Assembly: GCF_963921235.1 (NCBI RefSeq) | Contig: NC_086097.1 | Span: forward strand, 147,500,001 to 147,564,000 | DNA length: 64,000 nt | Source: Mobula hypostoma | Lineage: Eukaryota | Direction: 5' to 3' | Shown: positions 10,868 through 22,033 of the stretch, one piece after another | Layout: each line of letters begins with the position of its first letter | Position numbering within the stretch: position 1 is the first letter of the stretch | Made by a program: the position numbers and the translations under genes | The notes under the pieces: model-generated | The model's input: the letters and a program-made list of their open reading frames with translations, nothing else | Databases searched by the model: none | What the model was told of the DNA's origin: nothing

Positions 10868-13720
10868 CTAGCGGAAGTTAGAGAAGTCGATGTTCATGCC
10901 ATCAGGTTGGAGGCTACCCAGACGGAATATAAGGTGTTGTTCCTCCAACCTGAGTGTGGCTTCATCTTTACAGTAGAGGAGGCCGTGGATAGACATGTCA
11001 GAATGGGAATGGGATGTGGAATTAAAATGTGTGGCCACTGGGAGATCCTGCTTTCTCTGGCGGACAGAGCGTAGATGTTCAGCAAAGCGGTCTCCCAGTC
11101 TGCGTCGGGTCTCACCAATATATAAAAGGCCACATCGGGAGCACCGGACGCAGTATATCACCCCAGTCGACTCACAGGTGAAGTGATGCCTCACCTGGAA
11201 GGACTGTTTGGGCCCTGAATGGTGGTAAGGGAGGAAGTGTAAGGGCATGTGTAGCACTTGTTCCGCTTACACGGATAAGTGCCAGGAGGGAGATCAGTGG
11301 GGAGGGATGGGGGGGACGAATGGACAAGGGAGTTGTGTAGGGAGCGATTCCTGCGGAATGCAGAGGGGGGGGAGGGAAAGATGTGCTTAGTGGTGGGATC
11401 CCGTTGGAGGTGGCGGAAGTTACGGAGAATAATATGTTGGACCCGGAGGCTGGTGGGGTGGTAGGTGAGGACCAGGGGAACCCTATTCCTAGTGGGGTGG
11501 TGGGAGGATGGAGTGAGAGCACATGTACGTGAAATGGGGGAGATGCGTTTAAGAGCAGAGTTGATAGTGGAGGAAGGGAAGCCCTTTCTTTAAAAAATGA
11601 AGACATCTCCCTCGTCCTAGAATGAAAAGCCTCATCCTGAGAGCAGATGCAGCGGAGACGGAGGAATTGCTAGAAGGGGATGGCGTTTTTGCAAGAGACA
11701 GGGTGAGAAGAGGAATAGTCCAGATAGCTGTGAGAGTCAGTAGGCTTATAGTAGACATCAGTGGATAAGCTGTCTCCAGAGACAGAGACAGAAAGATCTA
11801 GAAAGGGGAGGGAGGTGTCGGAAATGGACCAGGTAAACTTGAGGGCAGGGTGAAAGTTGGAGGCAAAGTTAATAAAGTCAACGAGTTCTGCATGCGTGCA
11901 GGAAGCAGCGCCAATGCAGTCGTCGATGTAACGAAGGAAAAGTGGGGGACAGATACCAGAACAGGCACGGAACATAGATTGTTCCACAAACCCAACAAAA
12001 AGGCAGGCATAGCTAGGACCCATACGGGTGCCCATAGCTACACCTTTAGTTTGGAGGAAATGGGAGGAGCAAAAGGAGAAATTATTAAGAGTAAGGACTA
12101 ATTCCGCTAGACGGAGCAGAGTGGTGGTAGAGGGGAACTGATTAGGTCTGGAATCCAAAAAGAAGCGTAGAGCTTTGAGACCTTCCTGATGGGGGATGGA
12201 AGTATATAAGGACTGGACATCCATGGTGAAAATAAAGCGGTGGGGGCCAGGGAACTTAAAATCATCGAAAAGTTTAAGAGCGTGAGAAGTGTCACGAACA
12301 TAGGTCGGAAGGGATTGAACAAGGGGTGATAAAACAGTGTTGAGGTATGCAGAAACGAGTTCGGTGGGGCAGGAGCAAGCTGAGACAATAGGTCGGCCAG
12401 GACAGGCAGGTTTGTGGATCTTGGGTAGGAGGTAGAAACGGAAAGTGCGGGGTGTGGGAACTATAAGGTTGGTAGCAGTGGATGGGAGATCCCCTGAGTG
12501 GATAAAGTCGGTGATGTTGTGGGAGACAATGGCCTGGTGCTCCTTAGTGGGGTCACGATCGAGGGGTAAATAAGAGGAGGTATCCGCGAGTTGTCGCTGT
12601 GCCTTGGCAAGGTAGAGGTCAGTACGCCAGACTACAACAGCACCCCCCTTATCGGCGGGTTTAATAATAAGGTTAGGATTAGTGCGGAGGGAGTGGAGAG
12701 CAGAGCGTTCCGAAGGAGTGAGGTTGGAATGGGGACAAGGTGCGGTGAAGTCGAGATGGTTGATGTCCCGTCGGCAGTTAGCAATAAAGAGATCCAGAGC
12801 AGGCAGAAGACCAGAGCAGGGTGTCCATGAAGAAGAGGAGGGTTGAAGACGGGAGAAGGGGTCATCGGTGGGGGTGGAAGAGTCCTTGCCGAAGAAGTAG
12901 GCTCGGAGACGGAGACGGCGGAAGAAAAGTTCCGCATCGTGGCGAACACGGAACTCGCTGAGGTGTGGGCGAAGGGGGACAAACGTGAGGCCCTTACTGA
13001 GAACAGAGCGCTCTGCCTCCGACAGTTGAAGGTCGGAGGGGATGGTAAAGACCCGGCACGGATGAGAGCTGGGATCAGAGGGGGGAGGGGGGAGGCTGGG
13101 GGTGTCAATGGAGAGGGGAAGGTTGGGGTGAAAGGAAGATGGAGCCTCTGAGGGCCCAGGAGCTGACGGTGGGATCTGAGGAAGACGGGGCTGCGGAGTG
13201 GTGGTGGGGGAAGGGGAGACGGGAGTCACAACAGCAGCACATAAAGACCCGGCCTGGAGTTCAAGGCTGGAGTCGCAGTTGGTGGTTGTGCAATCGCTGT
13301 GAAGGTGTCCATGGTCGTTGCTGGAGTCCGGGTTTTGAATATGTCCTGAGGTGTTGGAGCCGCCGAGATCAATGGCAGGGGCCGCAATCTGAAGTTCATG
13401 CCTGCTAGCGTCGGGGCCGGCAGGCTCTGGAGTCCGTAGATGTAAGATCTTGCGATCTTTGCCTAACATGACAAAGTCAAAAAAACGGCGATTGCAGGCG
13501 TGGATCCGACGGAGGATGAAATAACGGGTAGGACCATTACAGACCGCGAAGAAAGTGTCCCGAAGGTGTGGAAGGGTCTGGGATAGAGACACCAAGTACC
13601 TCCTCATGGCGGAGAGCATCGCCTTCAGAGCTTGACGGGAGAAGCGGCGAGAGGCAGAGTCAATAAAATGTGAGTACCTGGGATCCTCAGAAGGTCCAAA
13701 TTGAGAGGCTTGGAAACGAA
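10868..13720 (-). pseudogene. Penelope RT plus GIY-YIG endonuclease ORF, disrupted
   Basis: The 649-aa ORF 11670..13619 stays open upstream to the 5' truncation point. A premature TAG at 11670-11672 (NAIPF*QFLRLR) and apparent 1-nt deletions near 11583 and 11212 separate it from the GIY-YIG ORF ending at 10868. Confidence 0.92.
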
Positions 13721-13822
13721 TCTCTGTGATATTAGTTCAGTTCCAGTCTCTTCATTAACACAACTTAAATTTACTGGCCAGATGCACAGCTTTGCCTTTT
13801 GCAACCCTTACAACCTTGTGTA

Positions 13823-14394
13823 CACTCAGTGGCTATTTTATTAGATATACCTGTACACCTGCTCAAGTATTCAAACATCTAATCGGCCAATCACGTGGCA
13901 GCAACTCAATGCATAAAAGCATGCAGACATGGTCGAGAGGTTCACTTGTCATTCAGACCAACCATCAGTAAGGGGAAGAAATGTGATCTAATTGACTTTG
14001 ACCGTAGAAGGTTTGTTAGTGCCAGATGGGGTGGTTTGAGTATATCAGAAACTGCTGATTTCCTAGGATTTTCACACACAACAGTCTAGAGTTTACAGAA
14101 AATGGCACAAAGAAAAAAAAACATCCAGTGAGCAGCAGTTCTGTGGGTGAAAATGTGGTGTCAATGACGGAGGTCAAAGGAGAATGAACAGACTTGTTCA
14201 AGCTGATAGGAAAGTGACAATAACTCAAATAATCACATGTTACAACAGTGTTGTGTAAGAGAGCATCCCTGAACACACCAAACCTTGAAGTGGATGTGAT
14301 ACAGCAGCAGAGCACCACAGACATATACTCAGAGGTCACTATATTACAAACGTTTGTAGGTACAGGAGATGCCTAATAAAGTTGCCACTGAGTG
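13823..14394 (+). mobile_element. Non-autonomous Tc1/mariner element
   Basis: TIRs CACTCAGTGGC..TTTATTAG / CTAATAAAGTTGCCACTGAGTG are flanked by TA. It contains the Tc1 N-terminal HTH remnant GKKCDLIDFDR..GLSISETADFLGFSHTTV. Confidence 0.9.
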
Positions 14395-16190
14395 TATATT
14401 ATCACTGTTTAATGGCCTCATTTTATACTTTTATGAAAAGGGCTGTGTTCTCACTCCTTAACTATCCCAATTAAACCATTGACTAGATTACCCAGTTTAA
14501 AATTTATCCCCAGGGTAACTCTAACCTCTTTATCAAAGAAATTCCCATTCTACTATCCATCCCTCTCTGAAGCAAGCCAATAAATTGTTCTCTGTCCCCA
14601 GTTCTGACAAGAGATCTTTGATCTGAAATATGAAGTCTGTTTCTCTTTCCACCAATATTGCTTGACCTGCTCCATTATTCTCTGTTTTACTTTTAAGTAG
14701 GTCATGCTGCACTATACCTACCTCATATTTATAATTTGCGTGGTATAATTTGAATTTTCAAGACTACAGATCTTAATAATACAATGAAATTTGTGTACAC
14801 CAGTTATAATTTGCTGTAGAGTTAAACAAGCATTTCCTTAATTATAGACATGAAAACAACAGACAGAACAGTTGCCATGTGAAAGAGACAAAGCTGAGTG
14901 TGGAAACAGCAAACATAATATTTCAATCACAACCTTGAGAAAATCAATCCATGTTTTTCTGTGGGTGTATGTGGGACGGGGTGGAAGTGGGGACGGTGGA
15001 TGGTTTGTGCTTCTATACACTAATGAGGCTTCCAATATTCAGAGTGTCTGCCATGAAATAATGACTCTACATTTGAAGGTTAAAACTTTGAGGTACAGAT
15101 CGATGAAACACTGCAGTGGCCTGCTTTCTATTCTGATGAAAGGGTAAACATTTCTGTTCATTTTAGAGGAAAGAAAATAGTAGTTAACTGGAAATCTATT
15201 TCACAGACAATAACAATTTGATAAACAGTGAGGATCTGGATATCAAACCCTTTTGCTGTTAACCATGAATACACACATTTTTTTCTAATGAATACAGTTT
15301 TATATTCTTTCCTGTCCTGACCTTCCTATTCAACGTGAGCGACTAATTTTCAGTCTATCAGAGCTAACTGCATTTCTTTGTCAGTCATTAGCCTTGCGTG
15401 GGATGAGGTGCTGTCATCCTGTGTAGCCCAGACCCATACTAGCAGACAGATGTATAGCTTCTACACCAGTGGAGCAGTTGGGAAAAGAAAAAGAGTGAAC
15501 CTGCTTTTATTTAGTTACTTTATGATTTCAGAATATGCCATCATTTAACCTGGGTTGTTTTTGACTTAGTATGTATTTACTGAATGAGATTACTCAATAA
15601 CCTGATTTTTGTTTTGTTGGTTAATGGATATGTTTTGCTGGGTTCCCCTGATGAACATATGCCCAATAACACTCCGCTTTCTATTGCACTAAGATGCCTG
15701 AAACAGCACAGGAGCAAGAATGTTGAATATCGTCATTGCTTCGCCTTCAGTCTTATGACTATCCTGGCAGGCTCCAAGAAGTGACTGACACAGCTCACAA
15801 ATTGCTTTGTCTGAAGTATTTGCTATTATATACACTCAATGGCCACTTTATTATGTACTACCTGTACTTAATAAAATGGCCGTGGAGTGTAGTTTGCGGT
15901 CTTCTGCTGTTATATCACATCTACTTCAAGCTATGATGTATTGTGCATTCAGAGGTGCTTTACTGCATACTATTGTTGTAAAGCATGGTTATTTCAGTTT
16001 CTGTCGCCTTCCTGTCAGCTTGAATCAGTCTGGCCATTCTCTTCTGACCTCCCTCATTAACAAGGCATTTTTGACAACAAAAATGCCACTGACTGGATGT
16101 GTTTTGTTTCTTGTACCATTCACTGTAAGATCTAGAGACCATTGTGCATGAGAATCCCAGAAGATCATCAGTCACAGAAGTACTCTAACC

Positions 16191-17332
16191 CAGTGGTCCC
16201 CAACCACCGGGCCGCAAAGCATGTACTACCGGGCTGCGAAGAAATAATATGATTTGGCGATATGAATCAGCTGCACCTTTTCTCATTCCCTGTCACACCC
16301 ACCATTGAACTTGAACGCACGTGAGGTCATCAGTGACCCAAGACGTGCAAAAGAATGGGTCCGTGACCCATTTGTGAATGTCCCTGGTGAATCATCCATG
16401 TCAGCGTGGGAAAAAGATCAACTCCTCAAGCTTGGTGATGACGGTGGGCTGAAAAGTATGTTTCACATAACATCTCTGCCAGCTTTCTGGATCAAAGTCA
16501 AGGCTGAATATCCTGAGATAGCCACAAAAGCACTGAAAACATTGCTTCCGTTTCCAACATCATATCGCTGCGAAGCAGAGTTTTCTGCAATGAATGCAAC
16601 GAAAACTAAATTGCGGAATAGACTGGATATAAGGGATCCCCTTTGAGTATCGCTGTCTCCCATCACCCCTCGATAGGACCGTCTTGTTGCAGGAAAACAA
16701 GCCCAGGGCTCCCACCGATTCAGCAATATTGATGTTTTCAATGATTTTATATGTTCATACAAGGAAAATATGCGCTGTGTGTTTAATATCCAAACGTTAC
16801 TTAAAATGTTATGAAGCTATTGACTTATAAGTGACTTATAATTCACTGGTCCCCAACCTCCAGGCCACGGACCGATACATTGCCGCAAAGAACATGCCTC
16901 TGATCTGGGCCGACATTTACGTTCCGGGCTGCACCTAATTAATTAGCTTGTTTATTTCGGCTTTTTTCTTAAAGATGTGCTGGCTGCGTTCCGGCCACCG
17001 CTGTACCGCTACATTCTTCGCAGCAATGTATTGGTCTGCAGACAAGAGGTTGGGAACCACTGCTATAATTGACTTATCACTATATTCATGCAAGGAAAAT
17101 ATGCGCTGTGTGTTTAATATGAAATTCGTTAGATAAGCTCTTTTAGAAATGAAATTGAGTGTATTAGCCACTTATAAGTGACTTAGAGTTGACTTATCAC
17201 CTATATTCCGGTAGTGATTAACATCCACCACGCACCCCCCTCCATCCCCCGCCCCCCCCGGGGTCGGCCGGTCCACAAGAGTATTGTCAATATTAAACCG
17301 GTCCATGATGCAATAAAGGTTGAGGACCCCTG
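16191..17332 (+). mobile_element. hAT (Buster/Charlie-type) deletion-derivative transposon
   Basis: TIRs CAGTGGTCCCCAACC / GGTTGAGGACCCCTG. A perfect 8-bp TSD CTCTAACC (16183-16190, 17333-17340) has a central TA. The hAT dimerisation domain FWIKVKAEYPEIATKALKTLLPFPTSYRCEAEFS lies in ORF 16305..16646. Confidence 0.93.
16844..17062. mobile_element. hAT MITE nested in the hAT element
   Basis: TIRs CACTGGTCCCCAACC / GGTTGGGAACCACTG. The 8-bp TSD TTATAATT / CTATAATT matches at 7 of 8 positions. Confidence 0.85.
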
Positions 17333-19486
17333 CTCTAACCACTCCCTCTGGCACCAACAATCATTCCATATTCCACAGTCAAAGTCACTTAGATCAAATT
17401 ATTTCCTCATTCTGTTGTTTGGTCTGAACAACAACTGAAACTCTTGACCATGTCTGCATGCTTTTATGCGTTGAGTTGCTGCCACATGATTAGCCTTTTC
17501 GTATATTTGTATTAACAAGCAGATGTGGAGATGTACTTAATAAAGCAGCCACTGTGTGTCAATCTCTACATCTAGGATGGGATGAGTGTTGAGATAATAT
17601 ACAGAGAGGCATATCCTGCAATCTTCTTTACTCATTCTCTTTCTACCTTCTTTCGTGATGTCCAGTTGGAATATATATTCATGATTAACAAAAATCATCA
17701 ATGTCTTCCAGTCTACAATATCACAAAATATTTCCAGGAAATGTCCATAAACAATACTAAAAATATTTCACTGACAAATGTTCAGGGTGTTCATGGATGA
17801 AATAAATGCACTAAAACCCTATGTTACCACTACCACAAAGCATCATTTCTGAAACTTGTGACAATTTCACTCATTCTAAGATATTACTGTATTATGTTTT
17901 ACAAAGAAGTAAAATAACCTCCATGGAGGATCTAGTTTTGGATTTCAAAAGGACTTAGAAGTTAAGTGAAAGTTTGCTGTTTGAGATTGTAAAAGTGAGA
18001 CAGCAAGCAGAATTGACTTACAGTCTAACGTGAAATCCAAGAAATTGAGGTAACTCAATCTTAGTACTTTAAGAAAAGTACTTTAAGAAAAGGAAGTTCA
18101 ATGTTTATTATATTAGTCACAGGTGTTTTTTCTTCATTAGTTCCAACCAGGTATCCTCTATGGCCAAAGAATCTTCTATGTGCATGATTCAAAACCAGAA
18201 GATATTAGTCAACTCAGTTCAATCAGCATACACGTAGCAAGAAATTATCTCAATTTTGTATCCAGCTTTCTTTCTTTAATCCCATGCAGATAAAAACATG
18301 TCCATCTAAACACCATGATAGTAGCTGGATATGTATGTTTCAGGGTAAGATGTCTTTGTTCAATACTTGCTTATACCTTGGATGATGCAGGGCATTGTCT
18401 CTCCTTCACTTAAGGAAAGTGACAGCTGCTCTTGCACACAGTGGCAAATCTGCAAATGGCTTTGTTCTCACTCACATCTTGCAAATATATTGATTATCCA
18501 GATGTCTAAGTGTAGTTGTTGATGTAAAAGGAAATGTTCTATGATGATCCTTTTTCTTGATTGCCCTTCTTTTATTTTCTTCTATGTTAGATATTTAGTT
18601 TTATCTCATGTTTGCTAAGCTTGCTTTCTAAATAGCAGCTGCCATTTGAAATGGCACAATTGTAAGTAAACTTTCAACTATATTACTTTGTTTAACTTCC
18701 AGTCATAAAAAGAATTCAGTCTTCAGTTCTTAAAATGTAAATGGAAAACAGCTTGAGATTAAAAAACCTCTTCCTAGAACAGCTTTGTAAACAGGCTCTG
18801 TATTTTTAAAGAAACTTTGTCTGTTAAGAGTCACAGAAACTGCTTTACTATTGCTCAAGAGTAGAGTATAAGACAATGGATTGTTTAATTTGGGTTGCTT
18901 AAATAGACAAGCTGACTCTTAAACTGCTTAGCTCAAGGTAGCTTGCAGAACCAGATCGATATTTCATTTTGCATATCAATAACTGACGTGTTTATAGTTG
19001 GAAGAGATTTATGTAATCAGGAGTTAGTTTTACAGCATTAATAATAGAAGGAAGATGAGCCAAGTATGCCGTACAGTCCCTGGAAGATGCTCCACAACCA
19101 GTAACATCATAGCTAATCTCATCTTTAATCTAAAATCTATTTTCAGCTCTGATTTTCATAACCACCCATTTTAATGGGTTTCAAGGAAACTTTGTGGATA
19201 TTATGCAGTTTTTCCAATTTGTTTGTAAAAGTTGAAATAAATTAATGCTGTGTCTTCTGGAAAATCCATTGTTCAATGTGCCTGGCATGATATAGAGTTA
19301 GAATGGTTCCCTGATTAGTTTCAATTACCCAAAAGGTTCAAAGAGGAATTCTCCATTAAATTTTCTTTGACCAAAATTTTATTGTACATCATTTTTTAAT
19401 CCTTCCCTGATGTTTTCAGAAACTCCCAGTGGGATGCGTAATACAAGTGTTGTAATTACAAGCCATTGAAAATTCATGAGCCTTGC

Positions 19487-19777
19487 TGGAAAAACTAGTG
19501 GATCTCCCTGTCATTACTCCATACTCGATACATGTATCCCTGGCAATATTCCCACCAGGTTTTAGCTGCTGAAAATAAATCTGCACAATAAAGGAACCCG
19601 AAAATAATAGAAAAGTCATAGAAACATAAAATTGTTATGGCACAGAAGGAGATTATTGGGCCCATTAATTTTACATTTCTAGCAGAATAAACTTGTCAGT
19701 TCTATTTCCCTTGCATTTCCACATTGCTCTGCAAGGTATTTTTTCTCCAATGCCTACTCAATCCTGTTTCATAACCA
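19487..19777 (+). repeat. Direct repeat copy 1 (about 290 bp); copy 2 is at 21466-21518 plus 22034-22246
   Basis: Collinear shared blocks aactagtggatctccctg, ttagctgctgaaaataaatctg, ataaaattgttatggc, ttattgggcccatt and ctatttcccttg. Confidence 0.9.
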
Positions 19778-19779
19778 CT

Positions 19780-21465
19780 TGTACCATACACTGGGGTGCT
19801 CTCTACAGTTACCTAGCCTTTGGCCAGGAGCAGATGTCATCAGGTGGTTCCCAACCTTCACAGAGTCTTTCAACCCTTAACTAATACGCTCTCCACTTGG
19901 CAGGTCAGCAGTGGTGGCCAAGTCACTGCCTATTTGCTGCTGACTTCAAGCTCAACAACTCTCACTTGATCCCTATCCAGCAAGAGACTCTTTCTGTTTC
20001 CTCCCCCAACCTGTGAGCTGCTTGGTCCCTGCCAGGAACCCTCTGCAGCCGATCTCCACAGGGACTAGCCACTTCTGCCATTCTTTGTCCCTGTACTTCA
20101 GGGCCTTCTTCTCATGAGGCTTCATACACGGACCGCAGGAGGAAAGAAGTGCGGAAGGGCTCCAGTCTCCGAAGCTCTGCCAAGTGATATTGTGCTTGGG
20201 AAGATCCCATTTCATCCATGCACCCTGTGACCCCAACTCCACTGCCTTCAATAACCGCCTTTCACCTTCACAGTTCCATACGTCTGCCTGGACCATGTCA
20301 TGCCTATCTCTTGCACTTGTGCTCCCCCATCATTGGAAATGTGCCGAGCCGAGGCCTTGCTGTCCCAGGAATGGGTTGCCAATGATGTCTCTCAATTGCA
20401 GAGAGCTCTCTGCCTGATCTATGGCTGAGTAGGTGGCCCACTTTCATCCTAATTTTGTTGTGACTCCTGCTTGGATTATTAGCTTGTCATCAGAGCACCT
20501 CAGTGTTAACACAACTCTACACTTTGGCACCTTGAACTCCTCCACCAGCGATGACAATGGCAGCTGTAGCTGGCCTGATCTTATGTAGAGCCCCACTGAA
20601 GAAATACTTGAAGGGATCCCAGCCACCTTCGCAGGTGCTTGTTGACTTTCCTCTGTCTTCTACAGTGGTCATGGGGAACTTGTACACTGTGAAAAGCCAG
20701 AGCAGCCTTGGTAGAACACCATGTTGGAATAGCCATGCCTTAAATTTACCAGGGAGTCCAGTTTTGTCATTCTTCTTCAGCCACTCTTCAGTATGCTTTA
20801 CAGTGTCAGTGATGTTGGCACTGTCCATCACTGGACATTAAACTACTTTCCAAGGCACTTTACTGAGTTGTCCTCTGTGGATGGAATAACTTCTCCCTGT
20901 ATTTGAAGATTGAACTTGCTAGTAACCTTGACCTTTTTGATCATCGTGCATCTGGACTTCCTAGCCTTGAAGGTTATCTTAGCCCAGGTAGCTACGTTAT
21001 CTGGGGTTTCGAATATCCAACTTGCTTAGACGTAGGTTACAGTGGTTACTGTGACGGCATCCATGAACACCCCCCCCCCCCACACTGTATTACAGTTGTC
21101 AGATCCCGGGCTCCAACACTGGGCCTCGGGTTACGTCTGTCTGCTGCTGCTGATACGAGGAGCTACACACCCATGACAAACATGACGGGGGGAGATGGCA
21201 CAGACAGTTGGAATCCCTTTTTGGAGGACTTGCCACCCAGCTGTAAAGTGGGCTGAAGTGAAGGGTAGCTGGTGACCATATCTCGTGTTACTGACAGGAT
21301 ATGATAGTGGTCCAGTCCAATCTCCATGAGGACATGGAATTGATCCATAGGCGTTGGCTAGGTCTAACCCGACGACTTTTAGGTCGCCTTTCTTCTGCCT
21401 GGCCTCAAGGATCAATTGGCTGATTATTGAGATGTGTTCAAGGCACCCAGAAAAACCTGGGATGA
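19780..21465 (-). mobile_element. HERO/R2-group non-LTR retrotransposon (RLE type), decayed
   Basis: Motifs LDLANAYGSIP, WQVLQKGI, GLPGKFKAWLFQHGVLPRLLW, LQLPLSSLVEEFK and PVEIGCRGF occur across ORFs between 19973 and 21415. Confidence 0.88.
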
Positions 21466-21518
21466 TGGAAGAACTAGTGGATCTCCCTGATATTACTCAA
21501 CACTCGATACCTGTATCC

Positions 21519-22033
21519 ATAAGACCATAAGACAAAGGAGCAGAAGTAGGCCATTCGGCCCATCGAGTCTGCTCCGCCATTTTATCATGAGCTGATCTAT
21601 TTTCTCCTATTTAGTCCCATTCCCCCGCCTTCTCACCATAACCTTTGATGCCCTGGCTACTCAGATACCTATCAATCTCTGCCTTAAATACACCCAATGA
21701 CTTGGCCTCCACTGCTGCCCGTGGCAACAAATTCCATAGATTCACCACCCTCTGACTAAAAAAATTTCTTCACATTTCTGTTCTGAAAGGGCGCCCTTCA
21801 ATCCTTAAGTCATGCCCTCTCATACTAGACTCCCCCATCATGGGAAACAACTTTGCCACATCCACTCTGTCCATGTCTTTTAACATTCGAAATGTTTCTA
21901 TGAGGTCTCCCCTCATTCTTCTGAACTCCAAGGAATACAGTCCAAGAGCGAACAAACGTTCCTCATATGTTAACCCTCTCATTCCCGGAATCATTCTAGT
22001 GAATCTTCTATGTACCCTCTCCAACGTCAGCAC
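21519..22033 (-). mobile_element. Young 5'-truncated CR1 LINE
   Basis: ORF 21770..22033 reads LERVHRRFTRMIPGM. A (CATAAGAC)n tail is on the + strand, and ATCC is duplicated at 21515-21518 and 22034-22037. Confidence 0.92.

Larger units (their letters stand above)
10435..13722 (-). mobile_element. Penelope-like element (Neptune-type), young, 5'-truncated, with 12-bp TSD
   Basis: TCTGTGATATTA occurs at 10423-10434 and 13723-13734. The RT has IKPADKGG, MDVQSLYTSI, GVAMGTRMGPSYA and RYIDD. A CKRNKCYTC linker is followed by GIY-YIG (VIYCVRCSRCGLLYIGET..RFAEH). The element retains many CpGs. Confidence 0.95.
15833..17558 (-). mobile_element. Second copy of the same non-autonomous Tc1 family, interrupted by a hAT element
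   Basis: It has the same TIRs. ORF 15960..16175 (LLGFSCTMVSRSYSEW..GGQKRMARLIQADRKAT) matches copy 1, and the element resumes at 17333. Confidence 0.88.

Noticed and set aside
10491..13408. Many overlapping plus-strand and alternate-frame ORFs
   Set aside because: These are shadows of the GC-rich Penelope ORF and have no recognisable domains.
15645..15712. CTGATGA...GAAAC spacing suggesting another hammerhead
   Set aside because: There is no convincing stem II or stem III, no UH site and no Penelope context, so it is probably chance.
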